DNA of 64,000 nucleotides from a virus. The position numbers and the translations under genes were made by a program. Positions 18,295 through 27,639 of this stretch are shown here, in pieces; positions within the stretch are counted from its first letter, which is position 1, and every line of letters begins with the position of its first letter. The notes under the pieces were generated by a model that had not been told where the DNA came from, did not search any database, and was given only the letters and a program-made list of their open reading frames with translations. The DNA lies in the IMG/VR virus record IMGVR_UViG_3300025617_000977, positions 7,807 to 71,806 of that record; one strand, written 5' to 3'.

Positions 18295-18621
18295 ATGACA
18301 GACATCGTAACAATAACAGAATCAGCCAAACAACACATGCAAACCATGCTTAAAGAACAAAATGCTACAGCAGTTCGACTAGCAGTAAAAGGTGGAGGAT
18401 GTGCAGGCTTCAAATATGACTGGACACTAGATGAAACAGTTGAAGATGGTGATGAAATTTTTGATTTATCAGAAGGTAAATTTGTTATAGATGGCACTAG
18501 TGTCATGTTCTTATTAGGTAGCACTATAGATTATAAAAAAGAAGTATTCGGATCATACTTCGCAATAACAAACCCAGCATCAACAGCAAGTTGTGGCTGT
18601 GGTGAATCGGTTGGATTTTAG
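18295..18621 (+). CDS. iscA: A-type Fe-S cluster carrier (IscA/HesB family)
   Basis: GGGCAGFKY and SCGCGES motifs; GAGG SD before ATG 18295. Confidence 0.92.
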   Translation: MTDIVTITESAKQHMQTMLKEQNATAVRLAVKGGGCAGFKYDWTLDETVEDGDEIFDLSEGKFVIDGTSVMFLLGSTIDYKKEVFGSYFAITNPASTASCGCGESVGF

Positions 18622-18629
18622 GGGTCAAT

Positions 18630-21600
18630 ATGCCAAAAAAGATTATTAACATAGGTGTTGAAGGAAATGACGGAACTGGTGATAGTATCCGCGATGCATT
18701 TGGTAAAACAAATGAAAACTTTAATGAACTTTACGCTGTATTTGGACAAGGTGGTACCATCCGCTTTACAGCACTTTCAGACACGCCAGAGGAACTAGGC
18801 GCAAATAAGATTCCTGTTTCAAATGATAGCGGATCTGAATTGTTAATGAAAAACGTAGTTGGTGGTCAAGGTATTTTAATTGACAACACTGACCCAAGTC
18901 AATTAGTAATTACTAACAGCGGCGGGTCAATTAGCCAAGATTTGCAACCAACTATTGGTAACTACCTAAACGGTTCGAAAAACTATACACTTGGTAACAT
19001 TGGTCCAATTTCAGATCAAGCGGCTGTAGACTTTAACACAACACATCCTGGTTCAAATATTCAAGTACACGATCTTGTTACTGACAAGAAGTTTAACGAT
19101 ATGGCATATCAGAAGCAAGGTGTTGCTAACAGAATGAGAGCAGAGCCTGCTGATAATTCAGAATATACATTAACTATTGGTAGTTTCCAAGGTAATAATG
19201 CTACCGTAGCAGGACACGGATACGACCACAATATTAATGGTCAGGGATTCCAATATAATGTTTCTGCAGGAGGAACGCCTGCAACAAACTTGCTAGAAGG
19301 CGCAACCTACTATGTAAGATATGTAAACGCAAACACATTTAGTTTGCATCCTACACCAGCAGATGCATTATCTGATACAAATAGAATTTTAGCCAACGCC
19401 GGTGTTGCTGGTAATCCTGGTGGTGATCATACACTTGTTGACGCCGAATACAACTCAGCATTATACGGAACATATTTAAGTACCGAAGCACTACCAAGAA
19501 GTGCTACTGTACGCAGACAAGGCGATGACATGGAAGGTCCGCTATTCTTGCATGACCATCCAGGTAACTTAGCAGGCAGTGGTACACCAAACGATGTAGA
19601 TGATTTACAAGCGGCTACAAAGTTTTATGTTGACAATTCAAGTTTTACAAGTATTGTAGATTTATATGTTAGAACAAACGGCGACGATACACAAGAGTTT
19701 TCACCAGTAGGTAAAGAAGGACGTAGTTTACAATTTGCTTACAAGACAATTGGTAAGGCATGTGAAAAAGCAGAAGAGATTATGGAGACGTCTCCATTAG
19801 AGCCTGGTGCATACTTACAGACCGTAACATTCAATGGAGGCGAAGACAACTCGGTAATTTCAAGCCAAACAGTTTCATCACCATTCGCAGACGGTGTTCC
19901 AGCAAGATTGTTACTTGACCAGAACTTAACATTTATTGCAAAAGAAATTGTTGCATATGTTAATGCAACGTTCCCAGACTTCCAATACAATCAAGATTTG
20001 TGTGAAAGAGACATGGGCTTTATTATATCTGGGTTGGGTATTGATATCCAAAACGGTATTAACTCAAACTTCCACGCAATTCAGGCAGGTAAAAGATATT
20101 TCAATTCAGTAAGTGGACAGATTGCACGAACTACACAATTAACTGAAACACTAGCCGCAATCAACTACGGTAAGTTGATTATTAATTCTATTTTACAAAA
20201 TGGTGCAGTTACTCCAGTAAGAAACCTAGATGGAGTTGAGCAGGTTATTGATACAGATCAAATTGTATCTTCTACTGCTCGAAATGCTGTTCTTGCTAAA
20301 ATTGATATTACAACTAATATTATCGAAAACGGATTAGGCGTTCTTAAAACGACTGCACTAGTTGAAGGCTCGACTATCAGTATGGATATTACAAATGGTG
20401 GACAAGGCTATGTTGACCAAGGTATTGGTTCTAACGTAGACATCCTACCAGGTAAGATTATTAGAGGTAGAACTTCCGGAGCACTTGCTAGAATTGTAAA
20501 ATATACTAGAGGATCAAATTTAGATACGCTAAGAATTTTCCTAATTGAACCTAAGCAGTTTGTTGAAGGTGAGGAAATAGAATACGGAAACTTTACAAGA
20601 GAAAAGCAAATTGCTATTCATGTTGAGTCCGGAATATTTTACGAAGACTTTCCGATCAAACTTCCAGTAAACTGTTCTATTAAAGGTACTGACTTTAGAC
20701 GTTGTATTATTAGACCAAAGAATAGAGGGTCGCAGTCTAAATGGGTTGACACATATTTTTACAGAGATGCAAACTTTGATGGATTAGATTTAATTCCATC
20801 ATCTAATCTTGACACTTTTGAAATTATTAACCGTAACAAAGAATTTGTTAAGGACGAAGTGATTGCATGGATTGCAAACGAAGTTGCAACAGCAACACCA
20901 GGATCTATCTGGGACGGTTTTGAATATAACGAAGCCAAGTGTGAACGAGATACTGGAATTATCCTTGACGGTATTGCACACGATATCAAATATTCAGGCA
21001 ATGCAAAAACATATGAACATGCGGCGAAATATTATATTGGAACACAAAGTTTAATCAACGGACAAGAGCAACAAACAGCCGCGGCACTAGAGTTTACAAA
21101 AACTCTTGTAACTACTTACATTGTTCCGCAAGTTGATTGGACTGAACTACAAACAATTACTAGCCAGTACAGAGATACAATTTATCAAGCAGAAGCCGGA
21201 ACTGCCGCGAGAGTCGGTGTGTTAATGGATCAAATTATTGATGTTGTTGAAAACGGACTTGCTAACTTGCCTGATCTTGTTGATCCACGTTACGGGTATC
21301 ACTACACAGAAAATCCAACATTAGATTTAAATATTGGATCAAACGGCGACGACAACCCTGGTGATTTTGCAGGTGCATCAAAACTATTAAAACTAAACAA
21401 AGAGTTTATTGTTGAAGAAACTATTGCGTATGTCAATGCAACATACCCTGCGTTGTCATATAACGAAAACAAATGTAGAAGAGATACTGGTCTTATTGTT
21501 GATGGACTTGTACTTGATTTAAAAACAGGTGGAAGAACAGAGACATTAGCAAATCAAACAGCATACTACTTAGGTGCTGTATCAGGACAGGAAACTGAAA

Positions 21601-24600
21601 CTGTTGCCGCAATTAACTATGTTAAAACTATTGGAGCCGCTGTTCTAAGTAAAACTCCATTTGGTGCAAGCAGGCAGTCAATTGTTGATCAAAATATAAC
21701 TGCTGACTCAGTAGCAGAAGCGGCGGCACAAGGCAACATGGAAAACTTAATCGATTGTATTAAGTTTGCGTTCGATGCAAGTTATAACCCACCTAAGAAT
21801 AACCAAGACATTGACGTGTTTATGATGAACGATGCAAACAGAATCATGAACGTAACAATGCAAGGACACGGTGGTTTTGCACAAGTACTTGACCCAAATG
21901 GGCAGATCTTAATTAAATCACCATACGTACAGGTATGTGGTTCATTCTCTAAGAGTAAAAACGAACAAGCATTTAGAGGCGGTATGTTTATTGATGCATT
22001 TACTGCTAACCTAACATGTACTGTTATTAGTAAGGATGATGCATTTACACTAAACGTTTCAAGTGGTGTTGGAAGTGGACTAAGACAAAGACGTCCAGAA
22101 ACACCATGTCCGTTTTATATTCAAGGTGTGCGTTATCAAGTAGATGCTGTTACAAATTATGACCAAGCGGCAGGTACTGCAACATTGTTCCTAAACCCAA
22201 CATCAGGCGATGGAGCAGGATTTCAATTTGCAGACTTTACAGATATTGTATTACAAAGTGCTGGTAACACGTCTATGCTTGCAAACGACTACACACAAGT
22301 TAACGACTTAGGTTATGGTATTGTATGTAACAACGGAGCACTATCAGAACAAGTTTCAACATTCTCATATTATTGTCATGCGGCGTATATGGCAAACAAC
22401 GGTTCACAGATTAGATCACTGAACGGATCTAACTCAAATGGTAACTATGGACTAGTAGCGGCAGGTTCTGATCCAAACGAAGTTATTGATCAAATCACAT
22501 TGCTTGAGCCAATGGTACAAACTGCTCGTGTATTTGATAACGGTACTAGTGCTGTTAACGTAGCAGGTAAAAACATTGTTTACATCTACGACAGCGAATT
22601 TGTTCCAACTAACGTATCTGAACTTGAAGTTGATCACGGACCTACATTAGGTAACATTCGTTACGAAGTATCAAGTATTCAAACTACTGAGGAAACAGTG
22701 CCGGGGGCTTCAAGAAACCAAATAGTTTACAAGTTGAATATTTCAGGTAATGACGGATTAGCGGCAAGTCTTGCTAACAATGATAAAGTACAAATTAGAT
22801 CATTACAAAACTTCATCTTTGATAACTTAGAACAAACCGCAGTTATTAGACCATCAACTGCAATTGTATTTGATGAACAAGATGACTTTACATATAGAAC
22901 TATTGCTTTTGGTAGTGCAAACGCAGTTGGTACAGCATTAGCAGAAACAGATCAAAGTTTTGTTACATTTGATTCCAACTACGACTATATTAGGTTAGTA
23001 GTTGATCAAAACTATGTAGCAGAAACAGAATTTGCTCCAAGTGGTACATCAGGTGCTACTGTTGGAGATACAGTAATTGCTGTTACATCAATTACAGAAC
23101 AATCAGAAATTAACAGACTTAATAACGGAGACATGTTATTTGCATGGGACGGCAAGGTCCATAGAGTATTAAGTTACTCACAAAAAGCAAACTATGGCCT
23201 ACTTACTATTGAAGACAAAAATAATATTAACGATGCCGCACTAGGTGATGCAGTTGTAGCAAGCGGTATCCAAAGTAGTTTACAAGATGCAACACTAGTT
23301 AGAACATTACGTGTTGGACTTGATAGTGGAGAAAATGCAGGACTTACAGTTAATATTTCTGTATGTAGAGCAACAGGACATGACTTTAATGATATCGGAT
23401 CAGGTGGATTTAACACAAGTAACTATCCAAGTAAAATTTACGGTGCACCGCAACAACCAAGTCAAGCAAATGAAGTACAGGAACGCGACAAAGGGCGTGT
23501 GTTCTATGTAAGTACAGATCAAGATGGTTTCTTCCGTGTTGGTAGATTCTTTACAGTTGACCAAGGTACTGGACGAGTAACATTTGCGGCAAGTATTGCG
23601 TTAAGTAACTTGGACGGTATTGGATTTAAACGTGGTGTTGTTATTACTGAATTCTCAAGTGATGACGGAATGACAGATAACGCAGTTGACTCGGCTCCGA
23701 CTGAATCAGCAGTAGTAGGATATGTAAACAGACGCTTAGGTATTGACGAAGATTCGCTGGCTGTTGAAAATCCATTAGGCGCAGGCTTCTTAGCATTAGA
23801 TGGTACAACTACACCATCGCAAAATATTAGTTTTGCTAACAATAAACTTACAGCATTAGCAGATCCAGGCGCAGACTTTGATGCAACTAACAAGCGATAC
23901 GTTGATGGAAGAACACCATTTGGTGAATCATTAATGTACGGTAGTGGTGCTGACGGTACTAGAGATGCTAACGACATTATTGTATGGACTGGCACAGAAT
24001 TTGATACTGCTACTCCAACAGGATATTTTGAATTTACTTATAATGCAGTTGATAAAACTGTAGAAACTGGTATTGTTGACGGCAGTATTGTAAACGCAGA
24101 TATAAACGCCGCGGCACAGATTGCACAAAGCAAACTTAATATGCAAGCGGCAACAACACGTTCAACAGCGGCAGGCATTTTACAGTCTAACTTAGGACTT
24201 GCTAGTTTTGATAGTGTTGTGTTCAGCAGTACAAACGGATTTGTTAGTATTGACGACGGACAACTACCAGTTGCTAAAATTGCAAACATTGCAGACGAGC
24301 ATGTAATTGGTAGAGCAGATGGAGATAGTTCAACAGGAGATGTTAGTGCTATTCCGTTCTCAACTGTTGTTGAGCAAGGTGGTACATTTACTACAATCGG
24401 TGCTCCAAGTTCAATTGTTAAAACCCATACAGACGGATCAATCAATGTACAAGCACTTGAAATTGATAGTATTAAAGTAATTGATACTTCAGGTACAAGT
24501 GTTAACTTTACAAATCCAGGTACAACAGTATTCTTAAGTTCACAAACAACAGGCGGCGGCATTACAAATAACTCAATGACCGGTAACTTGAATGTTGGTG

Positions 24601-25304
24601 CAAGCAGAGCAACAGAAAGTAACTTCCAAGCAAATAGTACATTTGCTGGTGAAAACTACGTTGCGGCAGATTGGGCATACCATTCATTTATTGAAGCGCC
24701 AGGCGAAGGTGATGGTAACTCAACAGGTATTGGTATTGGTGCTGGTACAGGATTTAGTAACGCAGACCAAATTGGTTTTGTAACAGCAGGCGATCAAACA
24801 CTAGTAATTACTAATACTGCAATGTTACCAGGAACTACTGAAGTTTACGATTTAGGTAGTGCAAGTAATAAGTTTAACGTAGTACACGCAATTACAACAT
24901 CGGCACAAGCAAACACTGCATTATACGCTGACTTGGCAGAGAACTACTTAGCAGATGCAGAATATGAAACTGGTACAGTACTTGTATTTGGCGGGGATGA
25001 AGAACTTACAACAACTGACAGCAAAGGCGACACACGAGTTGCTGGTGTTGTTTCAGAGAAACCGGGTTACTTAATGAACTCTGGGGCTGAAGGTAATTTT
25101 GTTACTGCAATAGCACTACAGGGAAGAGTACCTGTTAAAGTACTAGGAGCAGTTAGAAAAGGAGACATGCTAGTAACAGCAAGTATTCCGGGATATGCAA
25201 TAGTTAATAACTCTCCAGGAGTTGGACAAGTTATCGGCAAGGCTGTTAAGAACAAAGACGACACCGGCTACGGCATAGTTGAAGCAGTGGTAGGGAGAGT
25301 ATAA
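18630..25304 (+). CDS. giant tail fibre / baseplate-associated structural protein
   Basis: N-terminal INIGxxxNDGTGD; three C(E/R)RDxG helical repeats; C-terminal YADLAENY...GRVPVKV...KGDMLV domain. Confidence 0.85.
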   Translation: MPKKIINIGVEGNDGTGDSIRDAFGKTNENFNELYAVFGQGGTIRFTALSDTPEELGANKIPVSNDSGSELLMKNVVGGQGILIDNTDPSQLVITNSGGSISQDLQPTIGNYLNGSKNYTLGNIGPISDQAAVDFNTTHPGSNIQVHDLVTDKKFNDMAYQKQGVANRMRAEPADNSEYTLTIGSFQGNNATVAGHGYDHNINGQGFQYNVSAGGTPATNLLEGATYYVRYVNANTFSLHPTPADALSDTNRILANAGVAGNPGGDHTLVDAEYNSALYGTYLSTEALPRSATVRRQGDDMEGPLFLHDHPGNLAGSGTPNDVDDLQAATKFYVDNSSFTSIVDLYVRTNGDDTQEFSPVGKEGRSLQFAYKTIGKACEKAEEIMETSPLEPGAYLQTVTFNGGEDNSVISSQTVSSPFADGVPARLLLDQNLTFIAKEIVAYVNATFPDFQYNQDLCERDMGFIISGLGIDIQNGINSNFHAIQAGKRYFNSVSGQIARTTQLTETLAAINYGKLIINSILQNGAVTPVRNLDGVEQVIDTDQIVSSTARNAVLAKIDITTNIIENGLGVLKTTALVEGSTISMDITNGGQGYVDQGIGSNVDILPGKIIRGRTSGALARIVKYTRGSNLDTLRIFLIEPKQFVEGEEIEYGNFTREKQIAIHVESGIFYEDFPIKLPVNCSIKGTDFRRCIIRPKNRGSQSKWVDTYFYRDANFDGLDLIPSSNLDTFEIINRNKEFVKDEVIAWIANEVATATPGSIWDGFEYNEAKCERDTGIILDGIAHDIKYSGNAKTYEHAAKYYIGTQSLINGQEQQTAAALEFTKTLVTTYIVPQVDWTELQTITSQYRDTIYQAEAGTAARVGVLMDQIIDVVENGLANLPDLVDPRYGYHYTENPTLDLNIGSNGDDNPGDFAGASKLLKLNKEFIVEETIAYVNATYPALSYNENKCRRDTGLIVDGLVLDLKTGGRTETLANQTAYYLGAVSGQETETVAAINYVKTIGAAVLSKTPFGASRQSIVDQNITADSVAEAAAQGNMENLIDCIKFAFDASYNPPKNNQDIDVFMMNDANRIMNVTMQGHGGFAQVLDPNGQILIKSPYVQVCGSFSKSKNEQAFRGGMFIDAFTANLTCTVISKDDAFTLNVSSGVGSGLRQRRPETPCPFYIQGVRYQVDAVTNYDQAAGTATLFLNPTSGDGAGFQFADFTDIVLQSAGNTSMLANDYTQVNDLGYGIVCNNGALSEQVSTFSYYCHAAYMANNGSQIRSLNGSNSNGNYGLVAAGSDPNEVIDQITLLEPMVQTARVFDNGTSAVNVAGKNIVYIYDSEFVPTNVSELEVDHGPTLGNIRYEVSSIQTTEETVPGASRNQIVYKLNISGNDGLAASLANNDKVQIRSLQNFIFDNLEQTAVIRPSTAIVFDEQDDFTYRTIAFGSANAVGTALAETDQSFVTFDSNYDYIRLVVDQNYVAETEFAPSGTSGATVGDTVIAVTSITEQSEINRLNNGDMLFAWDGKVHRVLSYSQKANYGLLTIEDKNNINDAALGDAVVASGIQSSLQDATLVRTLRVGLDSGENAGLTVNISVCRATGHDFNDIGSGGFNTSNYPSKIYGAPQQPSQANEVQERDKGRVFYVSTDQDGFFRVGRFFTVDQGTGRVTFAASIALSNLDGIGFKRGVVITEFSSDDGMTDNAVDSAPTESAVVGYVNRRLGIDEDSLAVENPLGAGFLALDGTTTPSQNISFANNKLTALADPGADFDATNKRYVDGRTPFGESLMYGSGADGTRDANDIIVWTGTEFDTATPTGYFEFTYNAVDKTVETGIVDGSIVNADINAAAQIAQSKLNMQAATTRSTAAGILQSNLGLASFDSVVFSSTNGFVSIDDGQLPVAKIANIADEHVIGRADGDSSTGDVSAIPFSTVVEQGGTFTTIGAPSSIVKTHTDGSINVQALEIDSIKVIDTSGTSVNFTNPGTTVFLSSQTTGGGITNNSMTGNLNVGASRATESNFQANSTFAGENYVAADWAYHSFIEAPGEGDGNSTGIGIGAGTGFSNADQIGFVTAGDQTLVITNTAMLPGTTEVYDLGSASNKFNVVHAITTSAQANTALYADLAENYLADAEYETGTVLVFGGDEELTTTDSKGDTRVAGVVSEKPGYLMNSGAEGNFVTAIALQGRVPVKVLGAVRKGDMLVTASIPGYAIVNNSPGVGQVIGKAVKNKDDTGYGIVEAVVGRV

Positions 25305-26047
25305 TGGCTAAGCAAACTATAAACATTGGATCAAGTGCTAATAAGGGCGACGGAGATCCGATCCGTACAGCATTTACAAAAGTAAATGAAAACTTTACAG
25401 AGTTATACGACAAAGTTACTGTTTTAGAAAACGGGCAAATTGCAAAAGTACAAGATACACAAGGTAGTGTGTTTGGTGACGATAGTACCCTACTAGTAGA
25501 TGCAGTAAACAGCATCATTCCTGCTTCAGTAATTACTGGAACACTTACTAACAATTTAATCGGTGATGTTACTGGAAATATAACTGGTGACACAGCAGGT
25601 ACACACACTGGTGCAGTAGTTGGTAATATAACTGGCGATGTTATAGGTAGTGTTTTTGCAGATGATAGTACACTGTTAGTAGACGGTGTAGCAGGTAAGA
25701 TTGTAGGCGATGTTGAAAATAATAGTGTAATTACAGGTAGAGTCAAATCACAAGACGATATAGATTTATATGTTTATGCTGGTGGAACAGGTAGTGTTAT
25801 ATTAGCAGGACAAAGCGATGTAAGTATAGGACATACAAGCGGTCAAACAGATATCTATGGTGATGTAGAGTTTAACAATGGTACAACAGCATTCCAAAGC
25901 GGCAATGATGTTGAATTTAATTGCCCTGTGGATTTTACTAACGCAACGATTACAATGCCTCAGTACATTAGTTTAGCAGACTTAAAAACTGAAGTGGCGG
26001 CAAGTGTAGACTTTGCGGCATTTAAAACAAGAATAGCGGCGCTATAA
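25304..26047 (+). CDS. fibre/baseplate protein
   Basis: INIGSSANKGDGDP N-terminus; two GSVFxDDSTLLVD repeats. Confidence 0.8.
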   Translation: MAKQTINIGSSANKGDGDPIRTAFTKVNENFTELYDKVTVLENGQIAKVQDTQGSVFGDDSTLLVDAVNSIIPASVITGTLTNNLIGDVTGNITGDTAGTHTGAVVGNITGDVIGSVFADDSTLLVDGVAGKIVGDVENNSVITGRVKSQDDIDLYVYAGGTGSVILAGQSDVSIGHTSGQTDIYGDVEFNNGTTAFQSGNDVEFNCPVDFTNATITMPQYISLADLKTEVAASVDFAAFKTRIAAL

Positions 26048-26067
26048 ATATAGTATAGGAAAAGATA

Positions 26068-27636
26068 ATGGCTGATAGAATACCACTAATTGTAGATGTA
26101 GATGACGGTAACAAGTTAAAAGAATTGCCCATCGGGGATAATTTAAACTTAACTGGATCGGGAATCATTGGTGCAGGAAACATTGCCGCAACGAGTTTAA
26201 CCATTAACGGAGTTCCTTATAACCCGTTTAGTGGTGCGTATGCTGACTTAACAGGTGCACCGGATATTCCAGTAAACACTGATGATATTGTTGAAGGTAC
26301 TAAAAAATACTTTTCAACAGAACGATTGCAAGACGGCGTAGCAGACTTTTTAGTAGCAGGCGTTGGTATTGTATTAAACTATAACGATGGTACTGGCGAA
26401 CTAACTATTACAGCAACCGGAGTTGGTGAAGGCGGAGGTGGTGGCGTATCAGCCCTTGATGGGTTAACTGATGTAACACTTACAGCACCATCCGTAAATC
26501 AAATTTTAAAATACAACGGCGATGCTTGGGTAAACAATTCAATTGCTTATAACGAAATTACAGGTAGACCAAATCTTGCAAATATTGCTACTACTGGTAG
26601 TTATAATGATCTAAGTAACAAACCAATTGTACCAACTGACATTGACGACATGTCCGATGTTGATACATCATCTATACCTCCGACTAACGGACAAGTATTA
26701 AAATGGTTAGAAAATAAATGGATTCCAGCAGACGATATTACATCAGGAGGTAGTGGACTAAATGCAGACACGCTCGACGGGTTTGACGGCTCTTATTACT
26801 TAGACTGGAACAACGTAACTAGCAAACCGGTTTATCAAGTTTCGGATTTAGATGACACAAGTATTACTAGCGTTGCCGGAGATCAAATACTTAAATGGAA
26901 TGGACTGTCTTGGATTAATTCTACAAACGAACCAGAATGGGACGACATTCAAACTAAGCCAACAACTATTGCAGAATTTGGAATTACCGATTCTCCGGAA
27001 TCATTAACAGACTTAGGCATTACTGACGGTAGTGCTAATAATGTATTAACAACTGATGGCTCAGGAAACTTTAGTTTTGTTTCTAGTTTAACTGGTGTAT
27101 CATTAACAAATGCTGGAAGCATTGGATTTTTATCAGGTGTTACAATTTCAGAATTTAGTTCAGATACTACACTAGCAGGTAACTCAAATACAGCAGTCCC
27201 AACTGAAGCGGCAGTCAAGGCTTATGTTGATGCAAATGCTGGTGGTGGAAATGTTGACGGACTAGCATCAAGAAATACTGTAGCAGTATCAACTAATAGT
27301 ATTGCAAATGACATTTCAGAGGACGTTGCGTTTACTGGTTTTAAAAGTTACGGACTATTAAGTATACAAACAAGTGCCGCGGCATGGGTAAGAATTTATA
27401 CATCAACAGCGGCAAGAACAGCAGATGCAAGTAGAGGCGAAGGACAAGATCCTGCACCAGATGCTGGAGTGATTGCAGAAGTTTTATCAAACGGTGCCCA
27501 AACAATTGAATTTGGACCAGCAGTACTTGGCTGGAACAGTGCCGACAACACAACAATTTATGCGGCTGTAAAAAACAAATCCGGCGGCACTGCTACAATT
27601 ACTACTACGATAAAGATTTTAAAACTGGAGGCCTAA
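26068..27636 (+). CDS. tail fibre protein
   Basis: Repeated LxDV...GQxLKW and YxDLxxKP units; TATAAATA at 26043 plus AGGA SD. Confidence 0.8.
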   Translation: MADRIPLIVDVDDGNKLKELPIGDNLNLTGSGIIGAGNIAATSLTINGVPYNPFSGAYADLTGAPDIPVNTDDIVEGTKKYFSTERLQDGVADFLVAGVGIVLNYNDGTGELTITATGVGEGGGGGVSALDGLTDVTLTAPSVNQILKYNGDAWVNNSIAYNEITGRPNLANIATTGSYNDLSNKPIVPTDIDDMSDVDTSSIPPTNGQVLKWLENKWIPADDITSGGSGLNADTLDGFDGSYYLDWNNVTSKPVYQVSDLDDTSITSVAGDQILKWNGLSWINSTNEPEWDDIQTKPTTIAEFGITDSPESLTDLGITDGSANNVLTTDGSGNFSFVSSLTGVSLTNAGSIGFLSGVTISEFSSDTTLAGNSNTAVPTEAAVKAYVDANAGGGNVDGLASRNTVAVSTNSIANDISEDVAFTGFKSYGLLSIQTSAAAWVRIYTSTAARTADASRGEGQDPAPDAGVIAEVLSNGAQTIEFGPAVLGWNSADNTTIYAAVKNKSGGTATITTTIKILKLEA

Positions 27637-27639
27637 ACT

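Noticed and set aside
25460-25690. Near-duplicate GGTAGTGTxTTTGxxGAxGATAGTAC segments
   Set aside because: They are explained by the GSVFxDDSTLLVD protein repeat of fibre proteins and are not a DNA-level element.
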